DNA of 64,000 nt. It comes from a bacterium (GTDB lineage: Bacteria > UBA8248). Under the pieces are notes generated by a model. It saw nothing but the letters and a program-made list of their open reading frames with translations. It was not told the DNA's origin and did not search any database. A program made the translations under genes and the position numbers. The stretch is taken from assembly GCA_965207065.1 (NCBI GenBank), contig OZ242260.1, forward strand, positions 2,752,001 through 2,816,000. Reading direction: 5' to 3'. Shown in pieces: positions 48,755 through 59,467 of the stretch. Each line of letters starts with the position of its first letter. The first letter of the stretch is position 1.

Positions 48755-49839
48755 TGCTCTATTCTGCATTCATCTCTATGAGTGAGGCGTTCTCGGCGCT
48801 CAACGTGTTTCGCTTCATCACGTTCAGGACGGCGATGGCGGTGCTCACAGCCCTCGTCATGTCGCTGTTGCTGGGGCCGCGCCTCATTCGATATCTCCAG
48901 GAGCGTCAAATCGGCGAGGTCATCCGCGACGATGGGCCTCAGACCCACATGGCGAAAAAGGGAACGCCGACGATGGGGGGGCTTCTCATCCTCTTGTGCG
49001 TGGCGGCGCCGGTTCTGCTGTGGAACGACCTCGCAAACGGCTATATCTGGCTCGCCCTCTTCGTTCTGGTCGCCTTCGGCCTTCTGGGTTTCTGGGATGA
49101 CTACACGAAAGTGGTGCGCAAGGACAAAAACGGCTTGAGACCCGCTAAGAAGTTTATTGCCCAGGGAATCATCGGCCTCATCGTGGGGTACGCCCTTTAT
49201 AGCGGTTTGGTGGGAGCGGATTTCAAAACCGTCGTCATGTTTCCTTTTTTCAAGAACGTACAGCCCGATATCGGGATCTGGTTCGTGCCATACGCCGCCC
49301 TCGTCATCGTTTCGACGAGCAACGCCGTGAATCTCACGGACGGCCTGGATGGCCTCGCCATCGGCCCGCTGCTGATTGCGGCAGGGGCCTACCTCGTTTT
49401 CAGCTATGTCTCGGGGCATGCGGGCATCTCGAAGTATCTGCTCATTCTCCACGTTCGGGGCGCGGGAGAACTGGCCATCGTCTGCGCCGCGATGTTCGGC
49501 GCGGGGCTTGGATTCTTGTGGTTCAACGCATACCCGGCGCAGGTGTTCATGGGCGACGTCGGCGCGCTTTCGCTGGGCGCGCTGCTGGCCACGGTGGCGC
49601 TGGCGATCAAGCAGGAACTCCTCTTGTTCATGGTGGGCGGGTTGTTCGTCATCGAGACGCTCTCGGTCATCGTGCAGGTAATTTCCTTCAAGCTGACCGG
49701 CCGGCGCGTGTTTCGCATGGCGCCGCTGCATCACCACTACGAGGAGGAGGGTTGGTCCGAACCCAAGGTGACGGTCCGCTTCTGGATAGTGGCGGTCGTA
49801 CTGGCTCTCATGAGTTTGGCGACGCTGAAGCTGAGATGA
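48754..49839 (+). CDS. mraY: Phospho-MurNAc-pentapeptide translocase
   Basis: K.GTPTMGG, DD, NAVNLTDGLDGL, FMGD.G, APLHHH.E. Confidence 0.98.
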   Translation: MLYSAFISMSEAFSALNVFRFITFRTAMAVLTALVMSLLLGPRLIRYLQERQIGEVIRDDGPQTHMAKKGTPTMGGLLILLCVAAPVLLWNDLANGYIWLALFVLVAFGLLGFWDDYTKVVRKDKNGLRPAKKFIAQGIIGLIVGYALYSGLVGADFKTVVMFPFFKNVQPDIGIWFVPYAALVIVSTSNAVNLTDGLDGLAIGPLLIAAGAYLVFSYVSGHAGISKYLLILHVRGAGELAIVCAAMFGAGLGFLWFNAYPAQVFMGDVGALSLGALLATVALAIKQELLLFMVGGLFVIETLSVIVQVISFKLTGRRVFRMAPLHHHYEEEGWSEPKVTVRFWIVAVVLALMSLATLKLR

Positions 49840-51233
49840 GGAATCTTGTTTTGGAAAACAAGGCCAAGGCGTGGATAGAAGCGCTGCCTGCACGGCGATC
49901 GCTCGTCATGGGAATGGCGAGGAGCGGGATTGCCGCGGCGGGAGCGCTGGCGCGCCTGGGTGCGAAGGTCGTGGCCACGGATCTGGAGGAGATCCCGGGT
50001 TTGGATGAACGACTGCCCTCGGGCGTGGCTCTCGAACTCGGAGGCCATAGCGAGGCGCATTTCAAGGAGTGCGACCTGCTCGTGGTGAGTCCGGGGGTTC
50101 CCGCGACGAATCGCTACATCGCCCTTGCCATGGCGTCGGGAGCCGAGGTGATCAGCGAGGTGGAATTGGCCTGTCGGCTTTGCGCCGCACCCATCGCCGC
50201 CGTTACCGGAACGAACGGGAAGACGACGGTCACCACGATGCTGGGGCGGATTCTGGAGGAAAGCGGTTTTCGCGCGCCGGTGGGCGGGAACATCGGGAGA
50301 GCGCTCGTCGAGGTGGTCGAAGCCGAGGGAGACGAGGCGGATATCATCGTCGGCGAGGTGAGCAGCTTTCAACTCGAATGGGCGCCCACGATCAAGCCGA
50401 AAGTCGGCGTGATGACGAACGTGACGCCCGACCATCTGGACAGGCACCCGGATATCGATGAGTACGCAGCCCTCAAGGCGAGGCTGTTCGCCAACCAGGG
50501 GGAGGGGGACGCCAAGGTTCTGAACGCTGATGATGCCCTTACAGCGCGCTACATGACCCCCGGCCCGCAGAGCGTCCTGGCGTTCAGCCGCAAAGACCGG
50601 GTGCGCCGGGGCGCTTATGTCGAGAGCGGAGATGTGTATTTGGACGGTGAGACGGGTTCTTACCGTGTTTGCGGCGCGGACGAGCTTCTGGTTCCCGGCC
50701 TCCATAACCTCGAGAATTTTCTGGCGGCGTGCGCGGCGGCGCATTTTCTGGGCGCGGACGTGGATGCGATGGCGCGCGTGGCGCGCAGTTTCGAGGGCCT
50801 GCCTCACCGCATGGAGGTTGTCGGCGAGGCAGGCGGCGTTCGCTGGGTGAACGATTCGAAAGGGACGAACGTGGGCGCCACGGCGATGAGCCTGGAGAGC
50901 GTGGCGGGCGACGTGCTCCTCATCGCGGGGGGCGTGGACAAGGGGAGCGACCTCGCGCCCTTGCGCGCCTGGGTGGAGAAGAAAGTCCGGCGCATGATTC
51001 TCATCGGAGAGGCGGCGGAGCGCTTTGGCCGGTTTTTCGATGAGTACGCGCCGATCGCCTACGCGAATACGCTGGATGAAGCCGTGCGCATCGCGAGTGA
51101 GGAGGCGCGGGAGGGCGATACGGTTCTTCTCTCGCCCGCTTGTTCGAGTTTCGATCAGTTTCACGATTACGCCCACCGGGGCGACGCGTTCCGCCGGATG
51201 GCGCAGGAACTGACGGGGAGGGACGTGAATTGA
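49836..51233 (+). CDS. murD: UDP-MurNAc-L-Ala:D-Glu ligase
   Basis: SPG, TGTNGKTT, GGNIG, EVSSFQL, DHLDRH, NDSKGTN, LSPAC.SFD. ATG 49836 overlaps the mraY stop. Confidence 0.97.
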   Translation: MRNLVLENKAKAWIEALPARRSLVMGMARSGIAAAGALARLGAKVVATDLEEIPGLDERLPSGVALELGGHSEAHFKECDLLVVSPGVPATNRYIALAMASGAEVISEVELACRLCAAPIAAVTGTNGKTTVTTMLGRILEESGFRAPVGGNIGRALVEVVEAEGDEADIIVGEVSSFQLEWAPTIKPKVGVMTNVTPDHLDRHPDIDEYAALKARLFANQGEGDAKVLNADDALTARYMTPGPQSVLAFSRKDRVRRGAYVESGDVYLDGETGSYRVCGADELLVPGLHNLENFLAACAAAHFLGADVDAMARVARSFEGLPHRMEVVGEAGGVRWVNDSKGTNVGATAMSLESVAGDVLLIAGGVDKGSDLAPLRAWVEKKVRRMILIGEAAERFGRFFDEYAPIAYANTLDEAVRIASEEAREGDTVLLSPACSSFDQFHDYAHRGDAFRRMAQELTGRDVN

Positions 51234-52417
51234 TCCGCAAACGAATCGACCCCGTCATCTTCTTCGTCTCGCTGGGGCTGGTGGCTTTCGGCGTCGTCAT
51301 GGTGTTCAGCGCGAGCCACATTCTGGCGCTGGACAGGTACGGCGATGCGTTCTACTTCGTGAAACGCCATGTTATATGGGCCGTTCTCGGGTTCGCCTGC
51401 ATGCTGGTCATCTCGCAAATGGACCATCAATACCTCCGCAAGATCGCATATCCCTTGCTGATCGCCTCGGTTATCGCGCTATTGCTGGTGTTCGCGCCGG
51501 GCATCGGAAAAGAGGCGGGCGGCGCGCGGCGGTGGCTGATGCTGGGTCCCGTTTCTTTTCAGCCGGCCGAAGCCGCAAAAGTGGGGTTGGTGATTTTTCT
51601 CGCGCACTTTTTGGCGCTCAAGGGCGAGCGCTTGAATCATTGGCTGTTCGGATTTCTGCCGCCGGTCGGATTCGCGGGAATCATTCTGGTTCTCATGCTG
51701 ATCCAGCCGGATCTGGGCACGGCCACTCTGACCGCCGCGGTCGTCGGCGTTATGTTGTATCTGGCGGGCGCGCGGTTGCCCCACCTGGGCGTTTGCGCAT
51801 TGGCGACGGGGTTCGTCCTGGCGGGCATGGTTGTCTTTGCGCCCTGGCGGATGAAGCGGATATTCGCTTTCTGGGATCCGTTCGCCGCGGCGAAAGGCAC
51901 AGGTTATCAACTTATCCAGTCTCTGCTGGCCATCGCGCGAGGCGGACTGCCGGGTCTCGGCCTGGGAGAGGGCAAGCAAAAACTTTTCTATTTGCCCGAA
52001 CCACATACGGATTTCATCTACGCGGTCGTGGGCGAAGAGCTGGGCCTCATCGGCGCTCTGTGCGTCGCGGCGGCGTTTTTGATTTTGCTTTGGCGCGGCT
52101 TCCAGATAGCTGCCCGATGCGAAGATTTCTTCAGCGCCCTGTTGGCGGCGGGCGTGGCATTTCTGGTCACAGCCCAGGGGTTTTTGAACATGGCGGTGGC
52201 GACGGGCCTTCTGCCCACAACGGGTATACCGCTGCCCCTGATCAGTCTGGGCGGGTCGTCTTTGGTGTTAACGCTCATTTCCCTGGGAGTGCTGATTTCC
52301 ATCGAATCGTCGCATCACGCTCCCAGGCAGTCCGCGCCGGGGAGTCCGCTCGATGCGGCAAAGGGGTGGATCTCGCGCACGCGCAAGCCGATCATCCGCA
52401 GGAGGGCGCGCTCATGA
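51230..52417 (+). CDS. ftsW: SEDS peptidoglycan glycosyltransferase FtsW
   Basis: GARRW, QP.E.AK, QPDLG, LPEPHTDFI, GEELG, P.IS.GGS. TTG start inferred. Confidence 0.96.
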   Translation: MIRKRIDPVIFFVSLGLVAFGVVMVFSASHILALDRYGDAFYFVKRHVIWAVLGFACMLVISQMDHQYLRKIAYPLLIASVIALLLVFAPGIGKEAGGARRWLMLGPVSFQPAEAAKVGLVIFLAHFLALKGERLNHWLFGFLPPVGFAGIILVLMLIQPDLGTATLTAAVVGVMLYLAGARLPHLGVCALATGFVLAGMVVFAPWRMKRIFAFWDPFAAAKGTGYQLIQSLLAIARGGLPGLGLGEGKQKLFYLPEPHTDFIYAVVGEELGLIGALCVAAAFLILLWRGFQIAARCEDFFSALLAAGVAFLVTAQGFLNMAVATGLLPTTGIPLPLISLGGSSLVLTLISLGVLISIESSHHAPRQSAPGSPLDAAKGWISRTRKPIIRRRARS

Positions 52418-53499
52418 GACTCCTCGTAGCGGGCGGCGGCACGGGTGGACACCTCTACCCTGGCATTGCGGTGGCGAGGGCCTGGCTGGCGGGCGGGGAG
52501 GCGAACGAGGTCCTGTTCGTGGGCACGGCACGCGGGCTCGAGGCCAGGGTGCTGCCGCGTGAGAACCTGCCGTTTCAGGCGATTTCCTCCGCCGGCATTC
52601 TGGGGCGTTCGGTGGGTCAACGGGCCAAGGCAATGGCCATGTTGAGTTATGGATTCTGCCAGGCGATGGGAATCATGAGGCAATTTCGCCCCCATGTCGT
52701 TTTGGGGGTGGGCGGCTATTCCAGCGTTCCGTCGGTCGCCGCAGCCGGCCTTTGGAGAAAACCGATTGTCCTGATCGAGCAAAACGTCGTCCCCGGCGTG
52801 GCGAACCGATTGTTGTCTCGCTTCGCATCGAAAGTCGCCGTAGGGCTGCCCGTGCGCGACGCCGGCTTCGCCCGCGGGAAGATCGTGGAGACGGGCCTGC
52901 CGCTCAGGAGCGAGTTCTCGGAAAGTTTCGAGCGTGGCGAGGATTCCTGGAGCGGGCCTTTGAAGGTGCTCATATTCGGCGGCAGCCAGGGAGCGCGGGC
53001 CATCAACGAGGCGGTCATGGAGGCGCTGCCCCTGATGGGCGAGGCGCTTGAAAGAATGCGGTTCGTTCATCAGACGGGAGAGGCGGACTTCCCCCGCGTG
53101 CAAGCGGCTTATCGAGAAGTCGGCGCACAAGCGGACGTGGCGCCTTATCTGTACGACATGGCGGAACGCTACCGCTGGGCGCAGGTTTGTTTCTCGCGCG
53201 CGGGAGCGATGAGCGTGGCGGAATTGTCCGCCATGTCGCTTCCCGCCGTGTTGATTCCGCTGCCGAGCGCCACCCATGGGCATCAGGAAGCGAACGCCCG
53301 ATATTTCGCCGAACGCGAAGCGGCGCGGATGATACTGCAAGAAGACTTGAGCGGCCGGGTTCTGGCGGATATCTGGCTCGAGTACGAGGCGGAGCGCGGA
53401 AAGCTCGTCTCCATGTCGGAGCGGACGAAATCCCTGTCCGGCTCGAACGCCTCCGAAGCCGTGGCCGACTTGTGCCGCCGGGAGGCGATGGCGGCGTGA
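52414..53499 (+). CDS. murG: Lipid II N-acetylglucosaminyltransferase
   Basis: GGGTGGH, GGY.S, EQN..PG.AN, GGSQGA, SRAGA...E, HQ..NA. Confidence 0.97.
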   Translation: MRLLVAGGGTGGHLYPGIAVARAWLAGGEANEVLFVGTARGLEARVLPRENLPFQAISSAGILGRSVGQRAKAMAMLSYGFCQAMGIMRQFRPHVVLGVGGYSSVPSVAAAGLWRKPIVLIEQNVVPGVANRLLSRFASKVAVGLPVRDAGFARGKIVETGLPLRSEFSESFERGEDSWSGPLKVLIFGGSQGARAINEAVMEALPLMGEALERMRFVHQTGEADFPRVQAAYREVGAQADVAPYLYDMAERYRWAQVCFSRAGAMSVAELSAMSLPAVLIPLPSATHGHQEANARYFAEREAARMILQEDLSGRVLADIWLEYEAERGKLVSMSERTKSLSGSNASEAVADLCRREAMAA

Positions 53500-53518
53500 T
53501 GAGGAAAGGAGCCCGAGA

Positions 53519-54949
53519 GTGATAGCGCGACCATACGCCACGCACGCCATGTTCCGGCACTCGAGCCGCGTTCATTTCGTGGGCATCGGCGGGACGGGCA
53601 TGTGCGGCATCGCCGAGGTCTTGCTGAACCTGGGCTATGAGATCAGCGGTTCGGACATCGCGAGCAACGAGGCGATATTCAGGCTGCGCGGCCTGGGCGC
53701 GAAGGTGGTTCTGGGACACAGGAAGGAAAACGTGACGGGAGTGGACGTTTTGGTCTACAGCTCCGCGGTTACGGGCGACAACGTGGAAGTCGCCGAGGCG
53801 AGGCGGCGGAAGATTCCCGTCATCAAGCGCGCAGAGATGTTGTCCGAACTCATGCGCATGAAATACAGCATCGGCGTCGCGGGGACGCACGGCAAGACGA
53901 CCACCACTTCCTTCATTGCAGCCGCCCTGGCGGCCGGCGGCCTCGACCCCACGGTCGTCGTGGGCGGACGCATCAATGCCCTGGGCTCGAATGCGCGAAT
54001 GGGCGAGGGCGAGTATCTGGTGGCGGAGGCCGATGAGAGTGACGGCACGTTCCTGAGGCTCACCCCCACCATAGCGATCGTGACGAACATCGACGAGGAG
54101 CATCTGGATTTCTATGAGGATTACGACGCCATCAAGACAGCGTTCCTGGAGTTCGTGAACAAGGTGCCCTTCTACGGTTTTTCGGTCTTGTGCCTGGACC
54201 ATCCCGCTGTTCAGGAGATTATCCCCCACGTGGAGAAGCAGTTCTTCACCTACGGGTTCGGCACCCAGGCGGATTACGTGGGCGAGGAATTCCGCTACGA
54301 AAACGGCGAGGCGGTATTCGGCGTGAAACGGGGTGGAGAGCGCCTCGGCGAGATTCGCCTCCTCATGCCCGGACGACACAACGCGGACAACGCCCTGGCC
54401 GCCGCCGCCGTCTCGATGGAACTCGACGTTTCCTTCGCGGACATTCAAAGAGGACTCCACGAGTTCGACGGCATCGGCCGCCGCCTCGAGCGGGTCGGCG
54501 GGACGTCGGGCGTCACGGTTTTCGATGACTACGGCCACCATCCCCAGGAGATCAAGGTCACGCTCCGCGCCGTTCGCGAGGCATGGCCGGATAACCGGCT
54601 GGTGGTGCTGTTTCAGCCGCATCGCTACACGAGAACGCATCATCTGGAAGAGGCCTTCCACACCGCTTTTTACGATGCCGACAGGGTGCTCGTCGCGCCG
54701 GTGTACGCCGCCGGCGAGCCGCCCATCGAAGGGGTGAATTCGGAAAAACTCGCCGAGGGTATCAGTGCGCATGGCCACAGAAGCTGCGATGTGGTGGACG
54801 GTTTGGAGGATGCCGTGGATCGTCTGTTCGAGGAGGTGCGGAGCGGCGACATCGTTCTCACGCTCGGTGCAGGCGACGTCTGGAAGGCGGGACGTGAGTT
54901 GCTCGAAAAAATCGAGCGCAGAGATGGCGAATCAGAGGAAGCGGTATGA
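53519..54949 (+). CDS. murC: UDP-MurNAc:L-Ala ligase
   Basis: HFVGIGG.GM, GTHGKTTT, EADESD, DDYGHHP.E, FQPHRYTR. Start GTG 53519 (strong SD) or ATG 53549. Confidence 0.98.
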   Translation: MIARPYATHAMFRHSSRVHFVGIGGTGMCGIAEVLLNLGYEISGSDIASNEAIFRLRGLGAKVVLGHRKENVTGVDVLVYSSAVTGDNVEVAEARRRKIPVIKRAEMLSELMRMKYSIGVAGTHGKTTTTSFIAAALAAGGLDPTVVVGGRINALGSNARMGEGEYLVAEADESDGTFLRLTPTIAIVTNIDEEHLDFYEDYDAIKTAFLEFVNKVPFYGFSVLCLDHPAVQEIIPHVEKQFFTYGFGTQADYVGEEFRYENGEAVFGVKRGGERLGEIRLLMPGRHNADNALAAAAVSMELDVSFADIQRGLHEFDGIGRRLERVGGTSGVTVFDDYGHHPQEIKVTLRAVREAWPDNRLVVLFQPHRYTRTHHLEEAFHTAFYDADRVLVAPVYAAGEPPIEGVNSEKLAEGISAHGHRSCDVVDGLEDAVDRLFEEVRSGDIVLTLGAGDVWKAGRELLEKIERRDGESEEAV

Positions 54950-55899
54950 GCATCGGGACGGCGGAGGAAGTCATGACGCTGGAGTTGGCGGAAAAGCTCA
55001 AAGGTCTTGATTGCGAGATTCTTTTCGATGAATTGCTGGCCGCATACACTACGTTTCAGGTGGGCGGCCCGGCGGACGCCCTCGCGCTGCCTGTGACGGA
55101 AGACGAACTGGTGGAATTGATCGAGAGATGCCGGAGCGAGGCCTTGCCGATCACGGTTATGGGCGGCGGCGCCAATACCCTGGTGCGCGACGGAGGCGTT
55201 CGCGGGGTGGTGGTCGCTTTTCCGAAGGGGTTCAGGGGAATCGAAGTGGTTGCGCAGAGCACGGAGCGCGTACTGCTCGAAGCGCGCGCGGGAGAGAAGA
55301 TTCCGGCGCTGGTGCGATTCGCCGCCGAACGCGGCTGGGCGGGAACCGAGTGCCTGGCGGGGGTTCCCGGCACCGTGGGAGGAGCGCTGGCCATGAACGC
55401 GGGCACCGCCGAATCATACATCGAAGACGCGGTAGAAAGCGTTCGCTGGATACCTCTGGATGGAGGCGCTCCCGAGCGGCTTCCTGCGAAGGACTTGCGT
55501 TTCTCATACCGCCGCGCCGAGTTGCCGGCGCCGGGCGTGGTGCTCTCCGTTCGCTTCTCACTCCGGCCGGCGGACGCCGGCGCATTGCAGGAGCAATTGA
55601 GGCAAAGCGCCGTTCAAAGGCGGGAGCGCCAGCCCTGGGGGGTGCCCTGTGCGGGTTCGATATTCAAGAATCCGCCCGGCGAGCGCGCAGGCGTGCTCAT
55701 CGAATCGACAGGTCTCAAAGGGACGCGGATCGGCGGCGCGCAGGTGAGCGAGGTGCACGGGAATTTCATGGTGAATCTCGGCGGGGCCACGTCGGCGGAT
55801 GTTCTGGCGCTCATCGACGAGGTGAAAAGAGCGATTCTGGAACGCAATGGTGTCGAGTTGGTCCTGGAATTGAACGTCATCGGGGAGGACCCGGCGTGA
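54946..55899 (+). CDS. murB: UDP-N-acetylenolpyruvoylglucosamine reductase
   Basis: TTF.VGG.A, PGTVGGA..MNAG, F.YR, AGS.FKNP, S..H.NF.VN. Confidence 0.96.
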   Translation: MSIGTAEEVMTLELAEKLKGLDCEILFDELLAAYTTFQVGGPADALALPVTEDELVELIERCRSEALPITVMGGGANTLVRDGGVRGVVVAFPKGFRGIEVVAQSTERVLLEARAGEKIPALVRFAAERGWAGTECLAGVPGTVGGALAMNAGTAESYIEDAVESVRWIPLDGGAPERLPAKDLRFSYRRAELPAPGVVLSVRFSLRPADAGALQEQLRQSAVQRRERQPWGVPCAGSIFKNPPGERAGVLIESTGLKGTRIGGAQVSEVHGNFMVNLGGATSADVLALIDEVKRAILERNGVELVLELNVIGEDPA

Positions 55900-56816
55900 G
55901 GCGTTTTTCGTTCAAGTGGAGAGGGAAGGCCAAGGGCCGGGAAGTATTCCTGAACCTCGCCCGGACGACTGAGCATCCCGGGGTCGTCAGAAAAAGTGTG
56001 AGGCGAGGCGGCAAGAAAATAGTCAGGCGATCCGCAATAGCTAAAGAGAGAGTAAGCGCTAACTGGATATGGCCCGCAATAGGCATTTTGGTTTTCGTAG
56101 AAGTGCTTCTCCTGGGCGGGCACGCTGTCCGGTGGGCGAAGAGCACCCGACATTTCGAGTTGAGGGAGGTGGTAGTGACGGGTAACCGGACGCTGAAGCC
56201 CGTAGATATCAGAAATCTCGTGGGAGTCGATCCGGGAGCGAACATTTTCGACGCTGAATTGGCGGATGTCCGCTCACGCGTGGCCTCGCATCCGTGGGTA
56301 AAACGCGCGAGCGTGCGAATGCGCCCGCCTCATTTCCTCCAGGTCGATATCCTCGAGCGTAGACCCTACGCACTCATCATGGGCGGTGAAACCCTCGTGG
56401 TGGATGAGGAGGGTATCGTGCTCGGCAAACCTGTCACGCCGCTCGCGGGGTGCCTGCCGATGGTCGAGGGATTCGCCTCGCGACGCTGGCAGCCGGGCGA
56501 CGTAATTCGCGACCCGCGTCTGGCGCGCTCCATGAAGGCGGTCTTTTTATTCCAGGATTCGCCGGTGATTCGCACAAGTTGCATATCCGTCCGAAACACC
56601 GGACCGGGTCAACTCCGGCTTCGCGCCCTGGAGGGAAAGGTGGAACTTATGGTCAGTGAAGAGAGGATGGAGAGTCAGGCCGGTCGGCTCCGGGCCGTTG
56701 CGGATGACGTTCTCCGCCAGGAGAAATTCGGGGCGGGCGGCCTCCGGTTCGATCTGAGATTTCCCGGCAGGGTTATCGTTCGGCCGCTCACAAAGGATGG
56801 AGGGACAATAGGATGA
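55896..56816 (+). CDS. ftsQ: Cell division protein FtsQ/DivIB
   Basis: Basic N-terminus, one TM, POTRA-like segment (V.GN...PWV..ASV...P..L.V.I.ER.P), D.EG, DLRF. Directly before ftsA. Start uncertain. Confidence 0.88.
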   Translation: MRRFSFKWRGKAKGREVFLNLARTTEHPGVVRKSVRRGGKKIVRRSAIAKERVSANWIWPAIGILVFVEVLLLGGHAVRWAKSTRHFELREVVVTGNRTLKPVDIRNLVGVDPGANIFDAELADVRSRVASHPWVKRASVRMRPPHFLQVDILERRPYALIMGGETLVVDEEGIVLGKPVTPLAGCLPMVEGFASRRWQPGDVIRDPRLARSMKAVFLFQDSPVIRTSCISVRNTGPGQLRLRALEGKVELMVSEERMESQAGRLRAVADDVLRQEKFGAGGLRFDLRFPGRVIVRPLTKDGGTIG

Positions 56817-58054
56817 GCAAACAAGGAGATGTGCTGGTGGGTCTGGACATCGGCACCTCGAAAATCTGTGTGGTCGTGGCCGAAGTAAGCGAGGACGGCT
56901 CTCTTGAAATCGTAGGTTTGGGAAAAACCCCATCGAAGGGGCTCAACCGGGGCTCGGTGGTGAATATCGACCAGACGGTCGAATCGGTTCAAACGGCGGT
57001 GGGAGAGGCGGAGTTCATCAGCGGTTCGCCCATTCGCTCCGCGTTCGTAGGCGTGGCGGGGGGGCACATCCGCAGTTTCAACACCAACGGTATCGTGGCC
57101 ATCAAGAACAAGATTGTCACGCAGGATGATATCGATCGCGTCGTCGAGCAGGCGCGGGCGGTCACGATGCCGACGGATCACGAAATCATCCATGTGCTGC
57201 CGCAGGAGTATATCGTCGACGATCAGGAGGGCGTCACCGAACCCGCGGGAATGGCGGGTGTTCGCCTGGAATGCAAGGTCCACGTCGTGACGGGCGCAAT
57301 TCCTGCGATTCAGAACATCACCCGAAGCGTCGAGAGGGCGGGCTTGAACGTCGAGCGTCTGGTGCTTCAGCCATTCGCCTCCTCGCTGGCCGCACTGAGC
57401 GATGATGAGCGCGATCTTGGCGTGGCCGTCGTGGACATCGGGAGCGGCACGGCGGACGTCGCCGTCATCAGCGGGGGCGCGCTGCGTTATTCGGCCGTCA
57501 TTCCCGTAGGCGGGAGCCACATCACCAGGGATATGGCGATAGGATTGCGGACGCCGGACTATCAGGCGGAGAGAATCAAGCAGGAACACGGCTGCGCTCT
57601 GTCCGCCCGGGTGTCGAGCGAAGAGGAGATCGAAGTGCCCAGCGTAGGGGGCCGTCCGCCGCGCGTGTTGAGCCGCCAGATGCTCGCCGAGATAATCGAG
57701 CCCCGGATGGAGGAGATATTGACGCTCATCCGTCGTGAGATCCAGAAAAGCGGCATGGAGGATCTCCTGCCCGCCGGCGTCGTGCTCACGGGCGGGGCGA
57801 GCATCATCGAGGGCGCCGATGAATTGGCCGAAAACGTGCTTCAACTTCCGGTGAGACTGGGTGTTCCCGGTGGTATCGGCGGGCTGGTGGACATGGTCAA
57901 CGGGCCCATGTACTCGACCGCCGTGGGTCTGGTGATTTACGCCATGAAGACGGGCTTTACCAGGCGTCGGGGTCTCGTGAACGGAGCGTCACAAGGCCCG
58001 ATTCGTCAAACAACACAAAAAATCCGCCATGTTTTGGCTAGCGTATTCAAATGA
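56813..58054 (+). CDS. ftsA: Cell division protein FtsA
   Basis: GLDIGTSK, DIG.GT, GG..IT.D, AE.IK, LTGG.S, TAVGL. Confidence 0.98.
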   Translation: MSKQGDVLVGLDIGTSKICVVVAEVSEDGSLEIVGLGKTPSKGLNRGSVVNIDQTVESVQTAVGEAEFISGSPIRSAFVGVAGGHIRSFNTNGIVAIKNKIVTQDDIDRVVEQARAVTMPTDHEIIHVLPQEYIVDDQEGVTEPAGMAGVRLECKVHVVTGAIPAIQNITRSVERAGLNVERLVLQPFASSLAALSDDERDLGVAVVDIGSGTADVAVISGGALRYSAVIPVGGSHITRDMAIGLRTPDYQAERIKQEHGCALSARVSSEEEIEVPSVGGRPPRVLSRQMLAEIIEPRMEEILTLIRREIQKSGMEDLLPAGVVLTGGASIIEGADELAENVLQLPVRLGVPGGIGGLVDMVNGPMYSTAVGLVIYAMKTGFTRRRGLVNGASQGPIRQTTQKIRHVLASVFK

Positions 58055-58102
58055 TCGTGAGGGGAGGCGGGAGGCGCTTCCCGGGATCGAAGGGGGGGGA
58101 GA

Positions 58103-59251
58103 ATGAGTGATACGACGTTTTTTACACTGGATCAGGAGCCGCCGTGTAGCGCGAGAATCGCGGTCGTCGGCGTAGGAGGGGGCGGAGGAAACGCCATCAA
58201 CACCATGATTTCAGCGGGCATGGAGGGTGTTCAATTCGTGGCCGCGAACACGGATTCCCAGGTTTTGGAGCGTTCTCTCGCGTCCGACAAAATCCAGCTC
58301 GGCAAGGAGTTGACGAATGGACTTGGGGCCGGTGGCAACCCCGAGGTAGGCAGGAAAGCCGCTCTGGAGGACACAGAGTGTCTCTCGGAATTCATGCAAA
58401 ACCTCGAGATGGTGTTCGTCACGGCAGGAATGGGTGGTGGTACGGGCACGGGTGCGGCTCCCGTCATCGCTCGCATTGCGAAAGAGGCAGGGGTGCTGAC
58501 GGTGGGCGTCGTCACCAAGCCGTTCGACTTCGAGGGTCCGCGCCGGATGAATCAGGCCGACGAGGGCATCGAGGAACTGCGTGACGCCGTGAACACGCTC
58601 ATCACCATCCCCAACCAGCGTCTCCTGGGCATGGTCGAGCGCTCCACGCCGATGATGGAGGCTTTCCAGAAGGCGAATAACGTCTTGTTGCAGGCGTGTA
58701 AGGGTATCGCCGACCTCATCACCACGCCCGGTTTGATCAATCTCGATTTCGCCGACGTGCGCACCATCATGCGCGACATGGGCGGGAAGGCCCTGATGGG
58801 CAGCGGCACGGGCCAGGGCGAGAATCGCGCCGTCATCGCCGCGCAGAACGCCATCAACAGTCCGCTGCTCGAGGAAGGGACCATCGAGGGTTCCCGGGGC
58901 GTACTCATCAACATCACCGGCGGTCAGGATCTTTCCCTCTTCGAGGTGAACGAGGCCTGCAGACTCGTCCATGAAAAAGCGCACCAGGACGCCAACATCA
59001 TTTTCGGTTCGGTAATTGACCCGAACCTGGACAACCAGATTCGCGTGACGGTAATCGCAACGGGCTTCGGGAGGGAATCTATTCGCGAAGTTCCTCCCCT
59101 GGAAGCGGAAGCGACGGGCACCGAGGGCGGGAAAATCTCGGTTCCTGCGTATATCCGCCTGAAAAGTAACAAGATGCAACCTGGCGTCCCGGATAATCTG
59201 GAGGATGACGATCTGGATGTGCCCACTTTCCTGCGCAAGCAGGTTGACTAA
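58103..59251 (+). CDS. ftsZ: Cell division protein FtsZ
   Basis: [25 protein letters not shown]-terminal DLDVPTFLR. Confidence 0.99.
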   Translation: MSDTTFFTLDQEPPCSARIAVVGVGGGGGNAINTMISAGMEGVQFVAANTDSQVLERSLASDKIQLGKELTNGLGAGGNPEVGRKAALEDTECLSEFMQNLEMVFVTAGMGGGTGTGAAPVIARIAKEAGVLTVGVVTKPFDFEGPRRMNQADEGIEELRDAVNTLITIPNQRLLGMVERSTPMMEAFQKANNVLLQACKGIADLITTPGLINLDFADVRTIMRDMGGKALMGSGTGQGENRAVIAAQNAINSPLLEEGTIEGSRGVLINITGGQDLSLFEVNEACRLVHEKAHQDANIIFGSVIDPNLDNQIRVTVIATGFGRESIREVPPLEAEATGTEGGKISVPAYIRLKSNKMQPGVPDNLEDDDLDVPTFLRKQVD

Positions 59252-59372
59252 CCCCCACACGTCGTTCGGTCGAGGGGGCCTCTCTCGCGCCTGACGACGC
59301 ATTCCCCATGGACGCGACTGGGGGAGAGCATTCTCCCCCAGCCCCGCCTTTCTCAGGGCATGGGCCCGTTTC

Positions 59373-59406
59373 TTGTGGCGTCACGGACCTCTCATTATAA
59401 TGAGAG
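59373..59406 (+). promoter_or_regulatory. Putative promoter for the pgeF-yggS-proC cluster with a palindrome over the -10 box
   Basis: TTGTGG (59373-59378), 17 nt, TATAAT (59396-59401). Perfect 18-bp palindrome CTCTCATTATAATGAGAG at 59389-59406. Confidence 0.6.
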
Positions 59407-59467
59407 CCGGACAAGGAGTTTACGGAAGGGTGTACGGTAATTTCTCGTCGTCCGGGATGGGTTGCGG

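Noticed and set aside
45588-56816. Apparent long N-terminal extensions or fusions of MurE, MurD, MurG and FtsQ in the ORF track
   Set aside because: The extensions overlap upstream genes in another frame. Internal starts next to the upstream stops give normal-sized proteins.
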